64,000 nt of DNA from Escherichia phage vB_EcoM_CUA3. Made by a program: the position numbers and the translations under genes. Of this stretch, positions 1 to 9,606 are shown one piece after another (positions within the stretch are counted from its first letter, which is position 1; the number at the start of each line of letters is the position of its first letter). The stretch is taken from the sequence record PP410321; one strand, given 5' to 3'. The notes under the pieces are model-generated. The model searched no databases. It worked only from the letters and a program-made list of their open reading frames with translations, and was not told where the DNA came from.

Positions 1-7
1 CTATGCT

Positions 8-706
8 TTAGAACGAGTGGCTTGAGCCTGCTTCCATAGCTAATACATAAGAAGCTTGTGTACCTTCAAACTTAGCTGCAAATCGAGCATCTTGACCTTC
101 ACCGCGTGCCCATAACAACACATGATAATCGGCTGGCATCATTTTCATATTGGTTTTGTTAATGATGAACTTAAAGTCAGGACCATCATGGTCGGCTACT
201 ACCAAAGAATACAGTGGACGAGTTAATTCTTTATCGTCGACTTGTTTATAACCGTTGATAACAATTTTACCATCGTCTACAGTGATTGCAAATGTATCAA
301 TACTCAGACCAGAGGACACACGCATCAACTGTTGATAATCTTCGGCTTTCAGGTCGAAAATAACTTCAGCCACAGGGAACGGAATAGCTTTACTTGGGAA
401 TGCGATTGTGCTTGGGTCAGCAATAGGCCACTTAATTGTTGAACGTTGGTCTTTAATAATTAATGTGGTTTGGTCTTCACTTACCGAAACTTCAGCACTT
501 TCTGATACCAAAGACAGAATACTTAAGAAGCCATTCAAATCATAGATTGCCGCTTCGATATCGAATGTATCACTTACAGTAGCTTCACCATAACTTGCAC
601 CGGTAACAGATCGGGTCAGAATGGTGTTACCTGGTTTAAGCATAATGCCTGGGTTAATACCGGAGAAGTTTTTAAGAATGTTCAGGGTTTCTTTAGAGAA
701 TTTCAT
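8..706 (-). CDS. 45: DNA polymerase sliding clamp (T4 gp45 homolog)
   Basis: 232-aa ORF with near full-length similarity to T4 gp45 as I recall it; expected position next to rpbA/46/47. Confidence 0.9.
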   Translation of the reverse strand: MKFSKETLNILKNFSGINPGIMLKPGNTILTRSVTGASYGEATVSDTFDIEAAIYDLNGFLSILSLVSESAEVSVSEDQTTLIIKDQRSTIKWPIADPSTIAFPSKAIPFPVAEVIFDLKAEDYQQLMRVSSGLSIDTFAITVDDGKIVINGYKQVDDKELTRPLYSLVVADHDGPDFKFIINKTNMKMMPADYHVLLWARGEGQDARFAAKFEGTQASYVLAMEAGSSHSF

Positions 707-731
707 AATGTTTCCTTATCAAGTCAAATTA

Positions 732-1151
732 TTAAGCAATAACGATCATTTGTTTACGAATGGATTCAGGCAGAGATTCAATATACTCTGGAATCTGGGA
801 AGCAACAATAGCACCGGCTTCAAGCAACTGCTCATCAGGGTCGACGCAATAATCATCTTCTAAACGTTCAGAACCGTCGCGGTCGATAACAAGTTTAGCA
901 CCTGCAGCCAGTGAATCATTATAATGGCGACGCATGATTTCTACCCACTTATCAGATACGTCGTTATCAATAATACCGTAGAGCATGAACTTAGTTTCTT
1001 GTGGAAGAGACTGCAATCGACGTGCGGAGTTGGTATCAATATTCAGTACCCATGATTTACGGATACGGTTCTGATTATGTGGGTTGGAATCAGTACGGAT
1101 GGTTTTAACTTGGATATCTTTAACGGTAACGCCATTAGAAGTAGCAAACAT
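732..1151 (-). CDS. rpbA: RpbA-like RNA polymerase-binding protein
   Basis: ORF between genes 45 and 46 as in T4; the track start at 1193 is a TTG, internal ATGs at 1166 and 1151; assignment by position and recalled similarity. Confidence 0.5.
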   Translation of the reverse strand: MFATSNGVTVKDIQVKTIRTDSNPHNQNRIRKSWVLNIDTNSARRLQSLPQETKFMLYGIIDNDVSDKWVEIMRRHYNDSLAAGAKLVIDRDGSERLEDDYCVDPDEQLLEAGAIVASQIPEYIESLPESIRKQMIVIA

Positions 1152-1207
1152 AATATTTTCTCTCATTTGGTTGGTAAATGTATTATAAATCAATATTTTA
1201 AAGCAAT

Positions 1208-1399
1208 TTAATCAAAGTACTCGTAGACAAACCATGCTGGATTTCTATTTGACATGATTTTATCATATTCTGACTTAAAAGCATTTTGGAGATATTCTTC
1301 AGTAACAAGATGTTCATCCCCAGAGAAGTTGTTAACTAAAACATATCTCTTTATTTCCGGAACGGCCAACAAATGCTGGCCCGTTATAAAATTACTCAT
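1208..1399 (-). CDS. hypothetical protein (45.2 position)
   Basis: 63-aa ORF packed between rpbA and gene 46; stop overlaps upstream gene. Confidence 0.4.
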   Translation of the reverse strand: MSNFITGQHLLAVPEIKRYVLVNNFSGDEHLVTEEYLQNAFKSEYDKIMSNRNPAWFVYEYFD

Positions 1400-3078
1400 T
1401 CCATCACCGTGAATCGTCCAACTTTCTTCATTTGAAGATGTTGGCCGTAAGCTTGTGGGTCATGGTCTCGGTGAGAGATAATGAACACGTTCGTATCCTC
1501 AAGGCTATTCAAGATGGTTGCAATGCTCTTAACGCCTTCAGCGTCAGTTGCACTGTCAAATACCTCATCAAGAATCAGTGTGGATATATTAACACCCGAT
1601 ACCTTAGAAGCAATATCACGCCATGTAAAAAGAAGTGCGATATCAATACGTGCTTTCTCACCCTGTGAAAATGAAGCATAACTAAAGTCTTCACGTCCAC
1701 GTGATTTAATCGTCTCATTGAATTCTTCGTCTAGGGTAAAGACGTAGTCCGCTTCCATAATCTTCAAATAAGAATTAATCTGCTTATTAAAGATAGGAAT
1801 GTATTTCTTAATAATGGAACCTTTAATACCAGTATCCTTTAACATTTCTGTCAGAATTCCACGATGATATTTTTCCATTACCAAGGACGATTTGGTAGAG
1901 ACGATTTTATCAAGCTCTGCTTGAAGCGCAGCAATCTCTTCAGCATTACTTACGAACTCAGCTGCTGCCTGGTCAATTAATACCTTAACCTTTTTGGCTT
2001 TCTCGACAGCAGTAATAGCTTGCTGCTTATGAGTAGCTATCTGAGATTTAATAGCCAATGCTTTATTGCGTTGTTCGGTTACTTGGTCTTTAATGAGCTT
2101 GAGTTCTTGGTATTGCTCATTAATCTTATCCAAAGATTTTTGAAGCTCAAAGTTTTTATCCTTAATTTTAGTAAGGATGTTTCCATGCTCTTCTAACCCT
2201 TGCATACACGTAGGGCAGTGGCCACCTGTTTCGTATAACTTAACTACCTTTGTAAAGGTTGCCATATCATTTTTGATTGCAAATCCTTTATTACTCAGGT
2301 CACTCATGGAGTTGCTAGGGTCATCATCTACAATAACATTGAGTAATTCATCAGTCAGGGATTCTATGCTCGCCTTCGCAGTCCTGGCTTCTTTAACGAG
2401 CTCATCGTACATTAATTGCAGACGGGCAGCGTTCTCGCCGGATAATTTACGTTGACGTTCTTCGTTGTCATTATAAATTTTAATTTGTTGGGTAATAGAA
2501 TCCTGTTTAACGTCTATCACCTGGATTTGGCTATTAGTCTCACGAATCAAAGATTTGTTCAACTTATCCATATCCGCTAATACGGAAACCTCTAAAAGGT
2601 CTTCCACCAGCTTTCNNNNNNNNNNNNNNNNNNNNCCCATGAAAGGGGTGTACCCTGCCGTGCCAAGAACGACAATCTGTTTGAAGCTGGCGTAGGACAT
2701 TCCGATAAGCTGTTCAAATTCCGCTTGGAAGTCTTTACTGCTGGCAGATTCATCAAGACGTTCACCGCCACAGGAGATTTCGAAAACATTAGGTTTTTGC
2801 CCACGTTTGATATAGTATTCTTTGCCATCATATTCCATCCACAGTTCGACCAAAAGGTCTTTCTTATTACTTGAGTTAATTAATTGCCCTTTCTTAACAT
2901 CGCGAAAAGGCTTACCAAATAGAGCAAATGTAACGGCTTCAAGGAATGTTGATTTACCTGCACCATTCTTACCTGTGACTAAGGTCTTTTGGACCTTATC
3001 AAGTTGGATTGTGATGGGCTGTTGGCCTACCGACATAATATTTTTATACGTTACTTTCTTTAACTTAAAAGTCTTCAT
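1396..3078 (-). CDS. 46: recombination endonuclease subunit, SbcC/Rad50-like ATPase (T4 gp46 homolog)
   Basis: Walker A GKNGAGKST near N-terminus, long coiled-coil middle, C-terminal LILDEVFDS signature/Walker B region; start set at ATG 3076-3078 (MKTFKLKKV); a short N run lies inside the gene. Confidence 0.9.
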   Translation of the reverse strand: MKTFKLKKVTYKNIMSVGQQPITIQLDKVQKTLVTGKNGAGKSTFLEAVTFALFGKPFRDVKKGQLINSSNKKDLLVELWMEYDGKEYYIKRGQKPNVFEISCGGERLDESASSKDFQAEFEQLIGMSYASFKQIVVLGTAGYTPFMXXXXXXXXKLVEDLLEVSVLADMDKLNKSLIRETNSQIQVIDVKQDSITQQIKIYNDNEERQRKLSGENAARLQLMYDELVKEARTAKASIESLTDELLNVIVDDDPSNSMSDLSNKGFAIKNDMATFTKVVKLYETGGHCPTCMQGLEEHGNILTKIKDKNFELQKSLDKINEQYQELKLIKDQVTEQRNKALAIKSQIATHKQQAITAVEKAKKVKVLIDQAAAEFVSNAEEIAALQAELDKIVSTKSSLVMEKYHRGILTEMLKDTGIKGSIIKKYIPIFNKQINSYLKIMEADYVFTLDEEFNETIKSRGREDFSYASFSQGEKARIDIALLFTWRDIASKVSGVNISTLILDEVFDSATDAEGVKSIATILNSLEDTNVFIISHRDHDPQAYGQHLQMKKVGRFTVME

Positions 3079-3328
3079 CATTATAAGCATCCTTGATGCA
3101 TGATTCAGCCATATGAATTAATGTTTCTGGAGTATCATCTACCATTACATTAAAGCTAAATTCCACAGCCCAATCAGTAGCAACATAGACTTTAATAAGC
3201 TCGTTGGTGTCACGAGTGCTCACAGCTTCAAACCAGAACTTAATTGTATTAGGTTGGCCGTCGTCATCAATAACTATACAGTCGTGTTCCAGTTCAAGTC
3301 CTGATTTTTTGAATTCATCTAAAGTCAT
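3065..3328 (-). CDS. hypothetical protein (46.1 position)
   Basis: 87-aa ORF between genes 46 and 47, overlapping both by a few nt. Confidence 0.4.
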   Translation of the reverse strand: MTLDEFKKSGLELEHDCIVIDDDGQPNTIKFWFEAVSTRDTNELIKVYVATDWAVEFSFNVMVDDTPETLIHMAESCIKDAYNDEDF

Positions 3329-4347
3329 CGTGTAACCTCATTATAAAGTTGCGCAGCCATAGTCTTAAGGGCTTTAACATCGTCTTCAGTGTGGCCATCA
3401 GGAAGGGCATCGATATAATCATACATCATATCCAAGAGGGATTTAACTTCATCTTCCTCTTCAGAATCATCGATATCAACACTATTATCTACCTTAGACA
3501 CAATACGTAAAGAGTGAACAACCTTTTCAAGCTCTGATTCGAACTTAGTAAGACCGTCATCAATTTTATCGACTATAACACGAACTGCGATATTTGTAAA
3601 ATCTTTGTAATCGATAGTCGCGTTAGGATAATGAATCTTACGATGCCAACAGGTTTCATTAATGATGAAATCCATTTTATGAGTTTCGGTATCGAAAATC
3701 CAGAAACCACGAGGGTCGTTCTCATCACCTGCAGTAAGGGTCCATGGAGTACCAATGTACTTAACGTTTGCTGCATCAGAAATAGTGTGGAAGTGGCCTG
3801 ACCAAACTTGCTTATACTTTTTAAGGAAATCAGGTTCTAAACCATGGGATTTCATTCCTTTATAGAAATAGAAACCATTTAATTCCCAGTGGCCGATACA
3901 GAAATCTGCTGTAGTATTTTTGATATGGTCCATGATATCGGTCGTGTTTTCTTCACACATCCATGGAATCAAATCAATTTCGGTGCCATCAAAGTTAACC
4001 GTAGTAGGTTTTTCAATAACCTTGATATGGTCATATTTACCCAGAACTTCAGAAGCAGCGTTAGGAGTCAAGGTATTTTTGTAGTGCATATCATGATTAC
4101 CAACAACGGTATACATGGTAATGCCATTAGCTTTAAGCAAATCAGAGATTTCGCGAGCGAATTCCATACACTTATGGGTAATTGCTTTACGAACATCAAA
4201 AATATCACCGTATTGAATCCATACAGTAATACCGTTTGCTTTAGAATAATTAATAGCGTCTTGGATACCTTGACGTTGGATATTCTGTACCCATACATCA
4301 TCGGCCTTAACTCCAAGGTGCCAGTCACCTGTGTTTAATATTTTCAT
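3325..4347 (-). CDS. 47: recombination nuclease subunit, SbcD/Mre11-like (T4 gp47 homolog)
   Basis: N-terminal MKILNTGDWHLG metallophosphoesterase motif, GNHD motif; 340 aa as T4 gp47 (339 aa). Confidence 0.9.
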   Translation of the reverse strand: MKILNTGDWHLGVKADDVWVQNIQRQGIQDAINYSKANGITVWIQYGDIFDVRKAITHKCMEFAREISDLLKANGITMYTVVGNHDMHYKNTLTPNAASEVLGKYDHIKVIEKPTTVNFDGTEIDLIPWMCEENTTDIMDHIKNTTADFCIGHWELNGFYFYKGMKSHGLEPDFLKKYKQVWSGHFHTISDAANVKYIGTPWTLTAGDENDPRGFWIFDTETHKMDFIINETCWHRKIHYPNATIDYKDFTNIAVRVIVDKIDDGLTKFESELEKVVHSLRIVSKVDNSVDIDDSEEEDEVKSLLDMMYDYIDALPDGHTEDDVKALKTMAAQLYNEVTR

Positions 4348-4530
4348 AANNNNNNNNNNNNNNNNNNNNNNNNNNNNNNNNNNNNNNNNNNNNNNNNNNN
4401 NNNNNNNNNNNNNNNNNNNNNNNNNNNNNNNNNNNNNNNNNNNNNNNNNNNNNNNNNNNNNNNNNNNNNNNNNNNNNNNNNNNNNNNNNNNNNNNNNNNN
4501 NNNNNNNNNNNNNNNNNNNNNNNNNAAAGC

Positions 4531-4551
4531 NAAAAAGGAGCCTAAGCTCCT
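4531..4551 (-). terminator. hairpin plus U-run, candidate intrinsic terminator upstream of gene 47
   Basis: aggagc-ctaa-gctcct palindrome followed on the minus strand by a T-run (partly masked). Confidence 0.4.
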
Positions 4552-4988
4552 TTACCAATTAATATGCCATACAGAGGTTCGCGATTAGACGTGAACTTGA
4601 TTTTCTTATAAGTAATGGTACCTTCATTTTCCGCTTTAATACGAGCAGCTTCAAATTTAAGTATCATCTCATTTTTGTCAGATTTAATCTTATCAAAATC
4701 CATCGAATTCGTCATTCATAAAACCTCTTAAACTTTTTCGTATTCATCATTCATAAGCTTAAAAATCCGGGTGTTCGTCTTNCGTTANNCANNNNNNNNN
4801 NNNANCATCGTTTCCACCATTTCTTAAGTTGATGAGAATCCACCCAAACCTTGGCTACAGGCTCAATCCGAAAAATTTCATCGGAATATTGCCCAACCAT
4901 TTTATATTCGGTTTCGGTCTGCTTAATACAGATATTACCGTATGAGCGAAGTCTAAAGGCGGCTCCAATAAGAAGCCGTTTAAAGGGT

Positions 4989-5300
4989 TTATTTACCAGA
5001 GCCATTGACGATTTCCCAAATTTGTTTGCGGGTGGATTCCCACATCAATTGAACAAGTTCATCAGTAACAGGTTGACGGTAAATACCACGTAATTTAATT
5101 AAAGCGTACTTATATGCTTCAAAGTTGTTTTCAAGTACAGCGCCTTGGGCATGNNNNNNNNNNNNNNNNATTTCACGAGCATTCTTCTTAAGAATCTTAG
5201 CCGCTTGCGAATTAGCTTCTTTAATATTATGCTCTTCTAAACGTTGCTGGGCTTCTTCAATTTGCTCATCAGTCAATTGAGAAATGTCATGGCTTTGCAT
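4989..5300 (-). CDS. hypothetical protein
   Basis: 103-aa ORF between genes 47 and 55, interrupted by a short N run; the 1.2-kb alpha-gt gene present here in T4 is absent. Confidence 0.35.
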   Translation of the reverse strand: MQSHDISQLTDEQIEEAQQRLEEHNIKEANSQAAKILKKNAREXXXXXXHAQGAVLENNFEAYKYALIKLRGIYRQPVTDELVQLMWESTRKQIWEIVNGSGK

Positions 5301-5519
5301 ATTAATCCTTNNNNNNNNNNNNNNNNNNNNNNNNNNNNNNNNNNNNNNNNNNNNNNNNNNNNNNNNNNNNNNNNNNNNNNNNNNNNNNNNNNNNNNNNNN
5401 NNNNNNNNNNNNNNNNNNNNNNNNNNNNNNNNNNNNNNNNNNNNNNNNNNNNNNNNNNNNNNNNNNNNNNNNNNNNNNNNNNNNNNNNNNNNNNNNNNNN
5501 NNNNNNNNNNNNNNNNNNN

Positions 5520-6070
5520 TGAGTTCCATATAAAAAATCCAGTTCACCGACTTTAGGTTCGGCACTCTTATCAGACCCTGGTGCTTTAGTTAAAGAGGTT
5601 TCATACTGTGTCATTTTGTCGTAGATATCTTGGATAAAGGTTTCATCTGCAATACCTACCATGTCGTCATCATTACTGTCGTAGACATTATGGACGAAGT
5701 AGCTATATTTCTTTGCCATTTCTTTACGTTCTTTCTTGATACGCTGAACAAAGGCATTAAAACAAGCCATAGTGATATATGCATGTGGGTTGTCGTATTT
5801 TGTTTCGTCGAAGTTGTGAAGGCCTTTAATAGAAGCTTCGATTCCATCAGCAATCATTTCTTGCTTCCAGGATTGGGTATACCCGGAGAAGTTGAAACGC
5901 TTAGAAAGGCCTTCAGCAATGAGCATAATAGCCAAGCCGATAACATCGTTCTGACGAACTATTTTATTAGGGTCGGTATTTTCTCTGAGTTCCGTTTTCC
6001 ACTGGGTAATGGCTTTCAGAAGCTCCTTATTATTTACATAGTTATTTTTAGTCAGTTTAATTTCGGTCAT
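5520..6070 (-). CDS. 55: late-transcription sigma factor (T4 gp55 homolog)
   Basis: N-terminal about 183 aa visible and highly similar to T4 gp55 (YVNNKELL...[45 protein letters not shown]...); ATG at 6068-6070; 3' end falls in the N run starting 5311. Confidence 0.9.
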
Positions 6071-6396
6071 TGTTACCTCAGATAACTCAAAACATAGGTC
6101 TATTATATCATAGTATTTGGAGACCCGTTTAAAGCATCAACGGAGTAAGCAATAAGCCTGAAATACTGTTTCAAGAATTTTTTTGAACTCNNNNNNNNNN
6201 NNNNNNNNNNNNNNNNNNNNNNNNNNNNNNNNNNNNNNNNNNNNNNNNNNNNNNNNNNNNNNNNNNNNNTGGTTGTATTTGGAAATATGAGACTTCCACA
6301 CTTCAGAAGTCTCTCCACAAATAAACTCAACATTCATATAACTATCTATTAAGAAAAATCCTAAGCCTTCATAAGCTAATGTTATGGATACTGGCG

Positions 6397-6663
6397 TCAT
6401 TGTAGGAATCTGGCTCCTTCTAGTGCATCATCAAGATTATCAAACTCGTCAACGTAATCAATACCGCCGACCTCATCTTTAGCGTATAGCCAGTACTGTT
6501 TAAATTCATATTCGATAATAAAGTGGTCACCCTCAATCTGGAGAACCGCATCACTATTAAATTGAACTGCATAACCAGTAAAGCGAACATCATTCAGGAG
6601 TTCTTCTTTCATAGCAATCATTTCCAAGTTTTTATCGTAATTAGAGAGTTTTATTTTAATCAT
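6397..6663 (-). CDS. hypothetical protein
   Basis: 88-aa ORF, stop/start overlap with neighbours. Confidence 0.4.
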   Translation of the reverse strand: MIKIKLSNYDKNLEMIAMKEELLNDVRFTGYAVQFNSDAVLQIEGDHFIIEYEFKQYWLYAKDEVGGIDYVDEFDNLDDALEGARFLQ

Positions 6664-6995
6664 TTCGCAGCCTTAACAATTTTAAGGTCAACGAATTTTT
6701 TCTTACGTTGATTCTTCATACGACGGATGGTTTTGTCTGTGATTTCACCTGGGTGCCAAGCTTTAGATTCGACACCAAAAGCGGCAACATCAAACTCATC
6801 AAGGATATATTGGACCAGGATTTCACGAATACCATTCTTACCGATTTTCTGGTCTTTAGAATGCATAATTGGTAACAGTTCAGCAACCCATTGGTCAAGA
6901 ACCTGAGGAGTTACAAAGCCAGTTTTCATCAGTTCGTTTACTTTATCGAAAGCGAAAGAGTTCAGTACGTTTTTAATAGCTTGTGACATAATAAT
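6660..6995 (-). CDS. hypothetical protein
   Basis: ORF beginning MSQAIK at ATG 6993-6995 with SD aggaaa; early promoter immediately upstream. Confidence 0.45.
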   Translation of the reverse strand: MIMSQAIKNVLNSFAFDKVNELMKTGFVTPQVLDQWVAELLPIMHSKDQKIGKNGIREILVQYILDEFDVAAFGVESKAWHPGEITDKTIRRMKNQRKKKFVDLKIVKAAK

Positions 6996-7030
6996 TTCCT
7001 CAGTTNNNNAATTTATAATCCGTAGGACCA

Positions 7031-7060
7031 TTATACTCCGGTCCCAAGAGTTTGTAAACT
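7031..7060 (-). promoter_or_regulatory. T4-type early promoter
   Basis: minus-strand GTTTAC (7055-7060), 18-nt spacer, TATAAT (7031-7036); followed by SD and ATG of the 6660..6995 gene. Confidence 0.55.
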
Positions 7061-7259
7061 ATTTTTGTGCTAATGCACCTTTCCAACCTTCGTACATCGC
7101 CGCAGCCGATATTAATATTGCTCCTGCGCATTTTGAATATTTGTTATTCCAAAACCAGTTTAGAAAAACTTCGTCATCAATACCTTGGGCTATCATATTT
7201 TCAAAGAATTGACGACGGGCTTCAGCAACACGTTGTGATAATTTAGATTCAGGATTCAT
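7059..7259 (-). CDS. hypothetical protein
   Basis: 66-aa ORF, Trp/Asn-rich. Confidence 0.3.
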   Translation of the reverse strand: MNPESKLSQRVAEARRQFFENMIAQGIDDEVFLNWFWNNKYSKCAGAILISAAAMYEGWKGALAQK

Positions 7260-7484
7260 TTAAATTTTCCAGTTACCGTTTTCATCAATAAATTTAATCC
7301 AGTCATTTACTGACCACTTAGTCGTATCGCCTTTTGGAGCAACATTTAAAGTGTATAATCCTTGTTTAAAAAGCATACGTTTGATATTCATATTTTCCTC
7401 AGCTATAGTAATAACAGGTATTAGCTTTACGTTTGGCTGTTCGATGTGAAGTATTGTAATCCGGTTCGTCATCCATGTAAACAT
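7260..7484 (-). CDS. hypothetical protein
   Basis: 74-aa ORF directly abutting the downstream gene. Confidence 0.3.
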   Translation of the reverse strand: MFTWMTNRITILHIEQPNVKLIPVITIAEENMNIKRMLFKQGLYTLNVAPKGDTTKWSVNDWIKFIDENGNWKI

Positions 7485-7694
7485 CTTTTTTCAGCTTTCT
7501 CACTTCNNNNNNNNNNNNNNNNNNNNNNNNNNNNNNNNNNNNNNNNNNNNNNNNNNNCATACGTTTCCATTTGTCTGAACGGAAGATATTTTCNNNNNNN
7601 NNNNNNNNNNNNNNNNNNNNNNNNNNNNNNNNNNNNNNNNNNNNNNNNNNNNNNNNNNNNNNNAATTCTTTACGACGGATAGTTTTACCCATAG

Positions 7695-7949
7695 TTACCT
7701 CAGCAGTTTGTATCCAATAAGATTTTTAATGTACTGGACATCTTTGACATCCAAATCCAACTTAATATCTTTCAGGCGTTCAGCCAGAGTAAGAAATGTT
7801 ACGCGTTTCCAATTCTTAACAGGACAGCAATACGTCTTAGGACCGTTGGCGATTTCAATATTTTTATCTGTGACGGTGAGAAAAACCAGACGCTCATCAT
7901 CAAGATTAAGGGTGATGACACTTTTGGTTGAATGTAGTTTCAGGCTCAT
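7695..7949 (-). CDS. hypothetical protein
   Basis: 84-aa ORF; ATGA overlap with upstream small ORF. Confidence 0.35.
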   Translation of the reverse strand: MSLKLHSTKSVITLNLDDERLVFLTVTDKNIEIANGPKTYCCPVKNWKRVTFLTLAERLKDIKLDLDVKDVQYIKNLIGYKLLR

Positions 7950-8122
7950 AATTCAATTTCCTTGGCTATCGAACAAAATATGGCGCGGTCACAAATCATT
8001 TTAATATTAAGTTCAATTATGGTATACCACACGTCCAGGCTAGATATTTCAGTTACTAGAACAGCTTTGCCGTTGATTGAATAATACTGGTCGGCTTTAA
8101 TTTCTTTATCTTGGATAGTCAT
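7946..8122 (-). CDS. hypothetical small protein (58 aa)
   Basis: not in the ORF track (under 60 aa); ATG 8120-8122 preceded by SD gaggag and an early promoter; translates MTIQDKEIKADQYY...; stop overlaps next ATG. Confidence 0.35.
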   Translation of the reverse strand: MTIQDKEIKADQYYSINGKAVLVTEISSLDVWYTIIELNIKMICDRAIFCSIAKEIEL

Positions 8123-8151
8123 AATGTTCTCCTCATGTGTTGATAGGATAG

Positions 8152-8180
8152 ACTATACCACGTGAGGAGAGGAAGTAAAC
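8152..8180 (-). promoter_or_regulatory. T4-type early promoter
   Basis: GTTTAC (8175-8180), 17-nt spacer, TATAGT (8152-8157). Confidence 0.5.
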
Positions 8181-8181
8181 A

Positions 8182-8499
8182 CTAATCTTCAATTAAATCT
8201 CGGTCATAACCAAGTTCAATCAAAAGTGCTTTAAAAGCAGGAATATTTTCTATTTTCTTATTATCAACAAAGATGACAGGATAGCGTATCGCTAAGCTCT
8301 TGAAGCCGGCCCGTTTGGCCAATGATACTATAAGAAGCTTGTCATATACTGCGCCTGACGGCGTCTGATTAATCACAGGATAGAAAGTATGTGGGATAGA
8401 AAGGGAATTTAGGAGCGATAGAACAGCAATGCACCCTGGACAGCGCATGACTGTCTCAGGGATACCGTAAATCTCAATTTTAGTTAACTTTTGGTCCAC
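8182..8499 (-). CDS. glutaredoxin/thioredoxin-fold protein with CPGC active site (NrdH-like)
   Basis: IEIYG...CPGC...PVIFVDNKKI pattern typical of small redoxins; GTG start. Confidence 0.5.
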   Translation of the reverse strand: MDQKLTKIEIYGIPETVMRCPGCIAVLSLLNSLSIPHTFYPVINQTPSGAVYDKLLIVSLAKRAGFKSLAIRYPVIFVDNKKIENIPAFKALLIELGYDRDLIED

Positions 8500-8776
8500 A
8501 GGAAATAACTCCTTGGTAGTCCCAAGTTTTTAGAACTTCGTCCTCATTAGTTCCATATGGAACGTAAATCTGGATAAGGAACCCGGTATCATCAAAAGAG
8601 AAGTAGACAGTAGGTTTAATACCATGAATCTCTGACAGAGCGTAGATGTCCTTGAGGTCGTCTTCCTTATCGACAAAGAATTCCGGGTTCAGGTCGCAGT
8701 CATGGAAGTACCAATCATCACCGAACTTGTCCCATGCGGTCCAATTCAAAGCTACATACTCTTCAAAACGTTTCAT
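8480..8776 (-). CDS. hypothetical protein
   Basis: 98-aa acidic ORF. Confidence 0.35.
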   Translation of the reverse strand: MKRFEEYVALNWTAWDKFGDDWYFHDCDLNPEFFVDKEDDLKDIYALSEIHGIKPTVYFSFDDTGFLIQIYVPYGTNEDEVLKTWDYQGVISCGPKVN

Positions 8777-9000
8777 TCTTTCACCTTCAGCATTTTTGCG
8801 ATAACACTATGAACAGACTGGATTCGTTTGTCGAACTCAGACCCTTCAAGACCCTTTTCAGTACTCAATGCGCCAATAATCATGAACAGCAATCCAAACG
8901 GAATAGCCAGGATTAAAAGGCATACGATAAACAGAACTAATGTAATATTGGCCAGGATATCAGAAACAGCATTACGAAATTTATTCATTAAAGAACCCAC
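8773..9000 (-). CDS. hypothetical small membrane protein
   Basis: 75 aa with a long hydrophobic stretch (LANITLVLFIVCLLILAIPFGLLFMIIGAL). Confidence 0.4.
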   Translation of the reverse strand: MGSLMNKFRNAVSDILANITLVLFIVCLLILAIPFGLLFMIIGALSTEKGLEGSEFDKRIQSVHSVIAKMLKVKE

Positions 9001-9094
9001 ATGTTAGTTACAACAAATAACCATTGAGCTGGATACTCAACACCCATNNNNNNNNNNNNNNNNNNNNNNNNNNNNNNNNAGCCATAAAAATTAA

Positions 9095-9568
9095 TCATTT
9101 AAGCGATTTCCTCAGTTGTTTTTTAAATGAATCCACCATTTGTTTCTTAGTGGCAGATTCATTATAAGTCATTCCATGTGAAAGCATTTCAGCAATCATT
9201 TCTTCCTTACCCAACCTGCTGAACTCTTTGGTTTTATCAGGAACGAAATTAGGATGAATATTGTTTTCAGTATAATCGGTTTTCAGATAGACCAGCAAAT
9301 TCTCTAACCATTCGAGGTAGTCAACGTTTTGACCTTTCAAACCGGAACGGTTGAACTTATGCTTCATTTGTCCTTCTGCAGCATTGCACAGATTACATAG
9401 TAAACCACGAACCTTACCTGCTTTTGGCCCGTTCAATTCATGGTCGTGGTCAAGGTGGTTACTTTGAACATCAGGGTTTAATTCGCGCTTACAAATCAAA
9501 CACTTACCATGTTGTGCATCATAAAGTTTTTGTTTTTCTTCTTTGTATAATTTGCCACTCAGCAACAT
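9095..9568 (-). CDS. 49: endonuclease VII, Holliday junction resolvase (T4 gp49 homolog)
   Basis: 157 aa, near-identical over full length to T4 endo VII as I recall it (MLLxGKLYKEEKQK...CLICxRELNPDVQxNHLDHDHELNGPKAGKVRGLLCNLCNAAEGQMKHKFNRSGLKGQ). Confidence 0.92.
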   Translation of the reverse strand: MLLSGKLYKEEKQKLYDAQHGKCLICKRELNPDVQSNHLDHDHELNGPKAGKVRGLLCNLCNAAEGQMKHKFNRSGLKGQNVDYLEWLENLLVYLKTDYTENNIHPNFVPDKTKEFSRLGKEEMIAEMLSHGMTYNESATKKQMVDSFKKQLRKSLK

Positions 9569-9606
9569 AATAAACCCTTACCATTATTAGATAAGGGTAT
9601 TTATTA
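9569..9606 (-). promoter_or_regulatory. hairpin occluding the gene 49 ribosome-binding site
   Basis: minus-strand CCCTTA-11 nt-TAAGGG stem directly upstream of ATG; 3' arm carries the only SD-like purines. Confidence 0.4.

Noticed and set aside
3889-4338. Plus-strand ORFs inside the minus-strand early region (for example 3889..4338, 5630..6085, 10557..10922, 17704..18294, 31320..31688, 33010..33378)
   Set aside because: Each lies antisense within a well-supported minus-strand gene, has no SD or promoter, and resembles no known protein; treated as chance ORFs.
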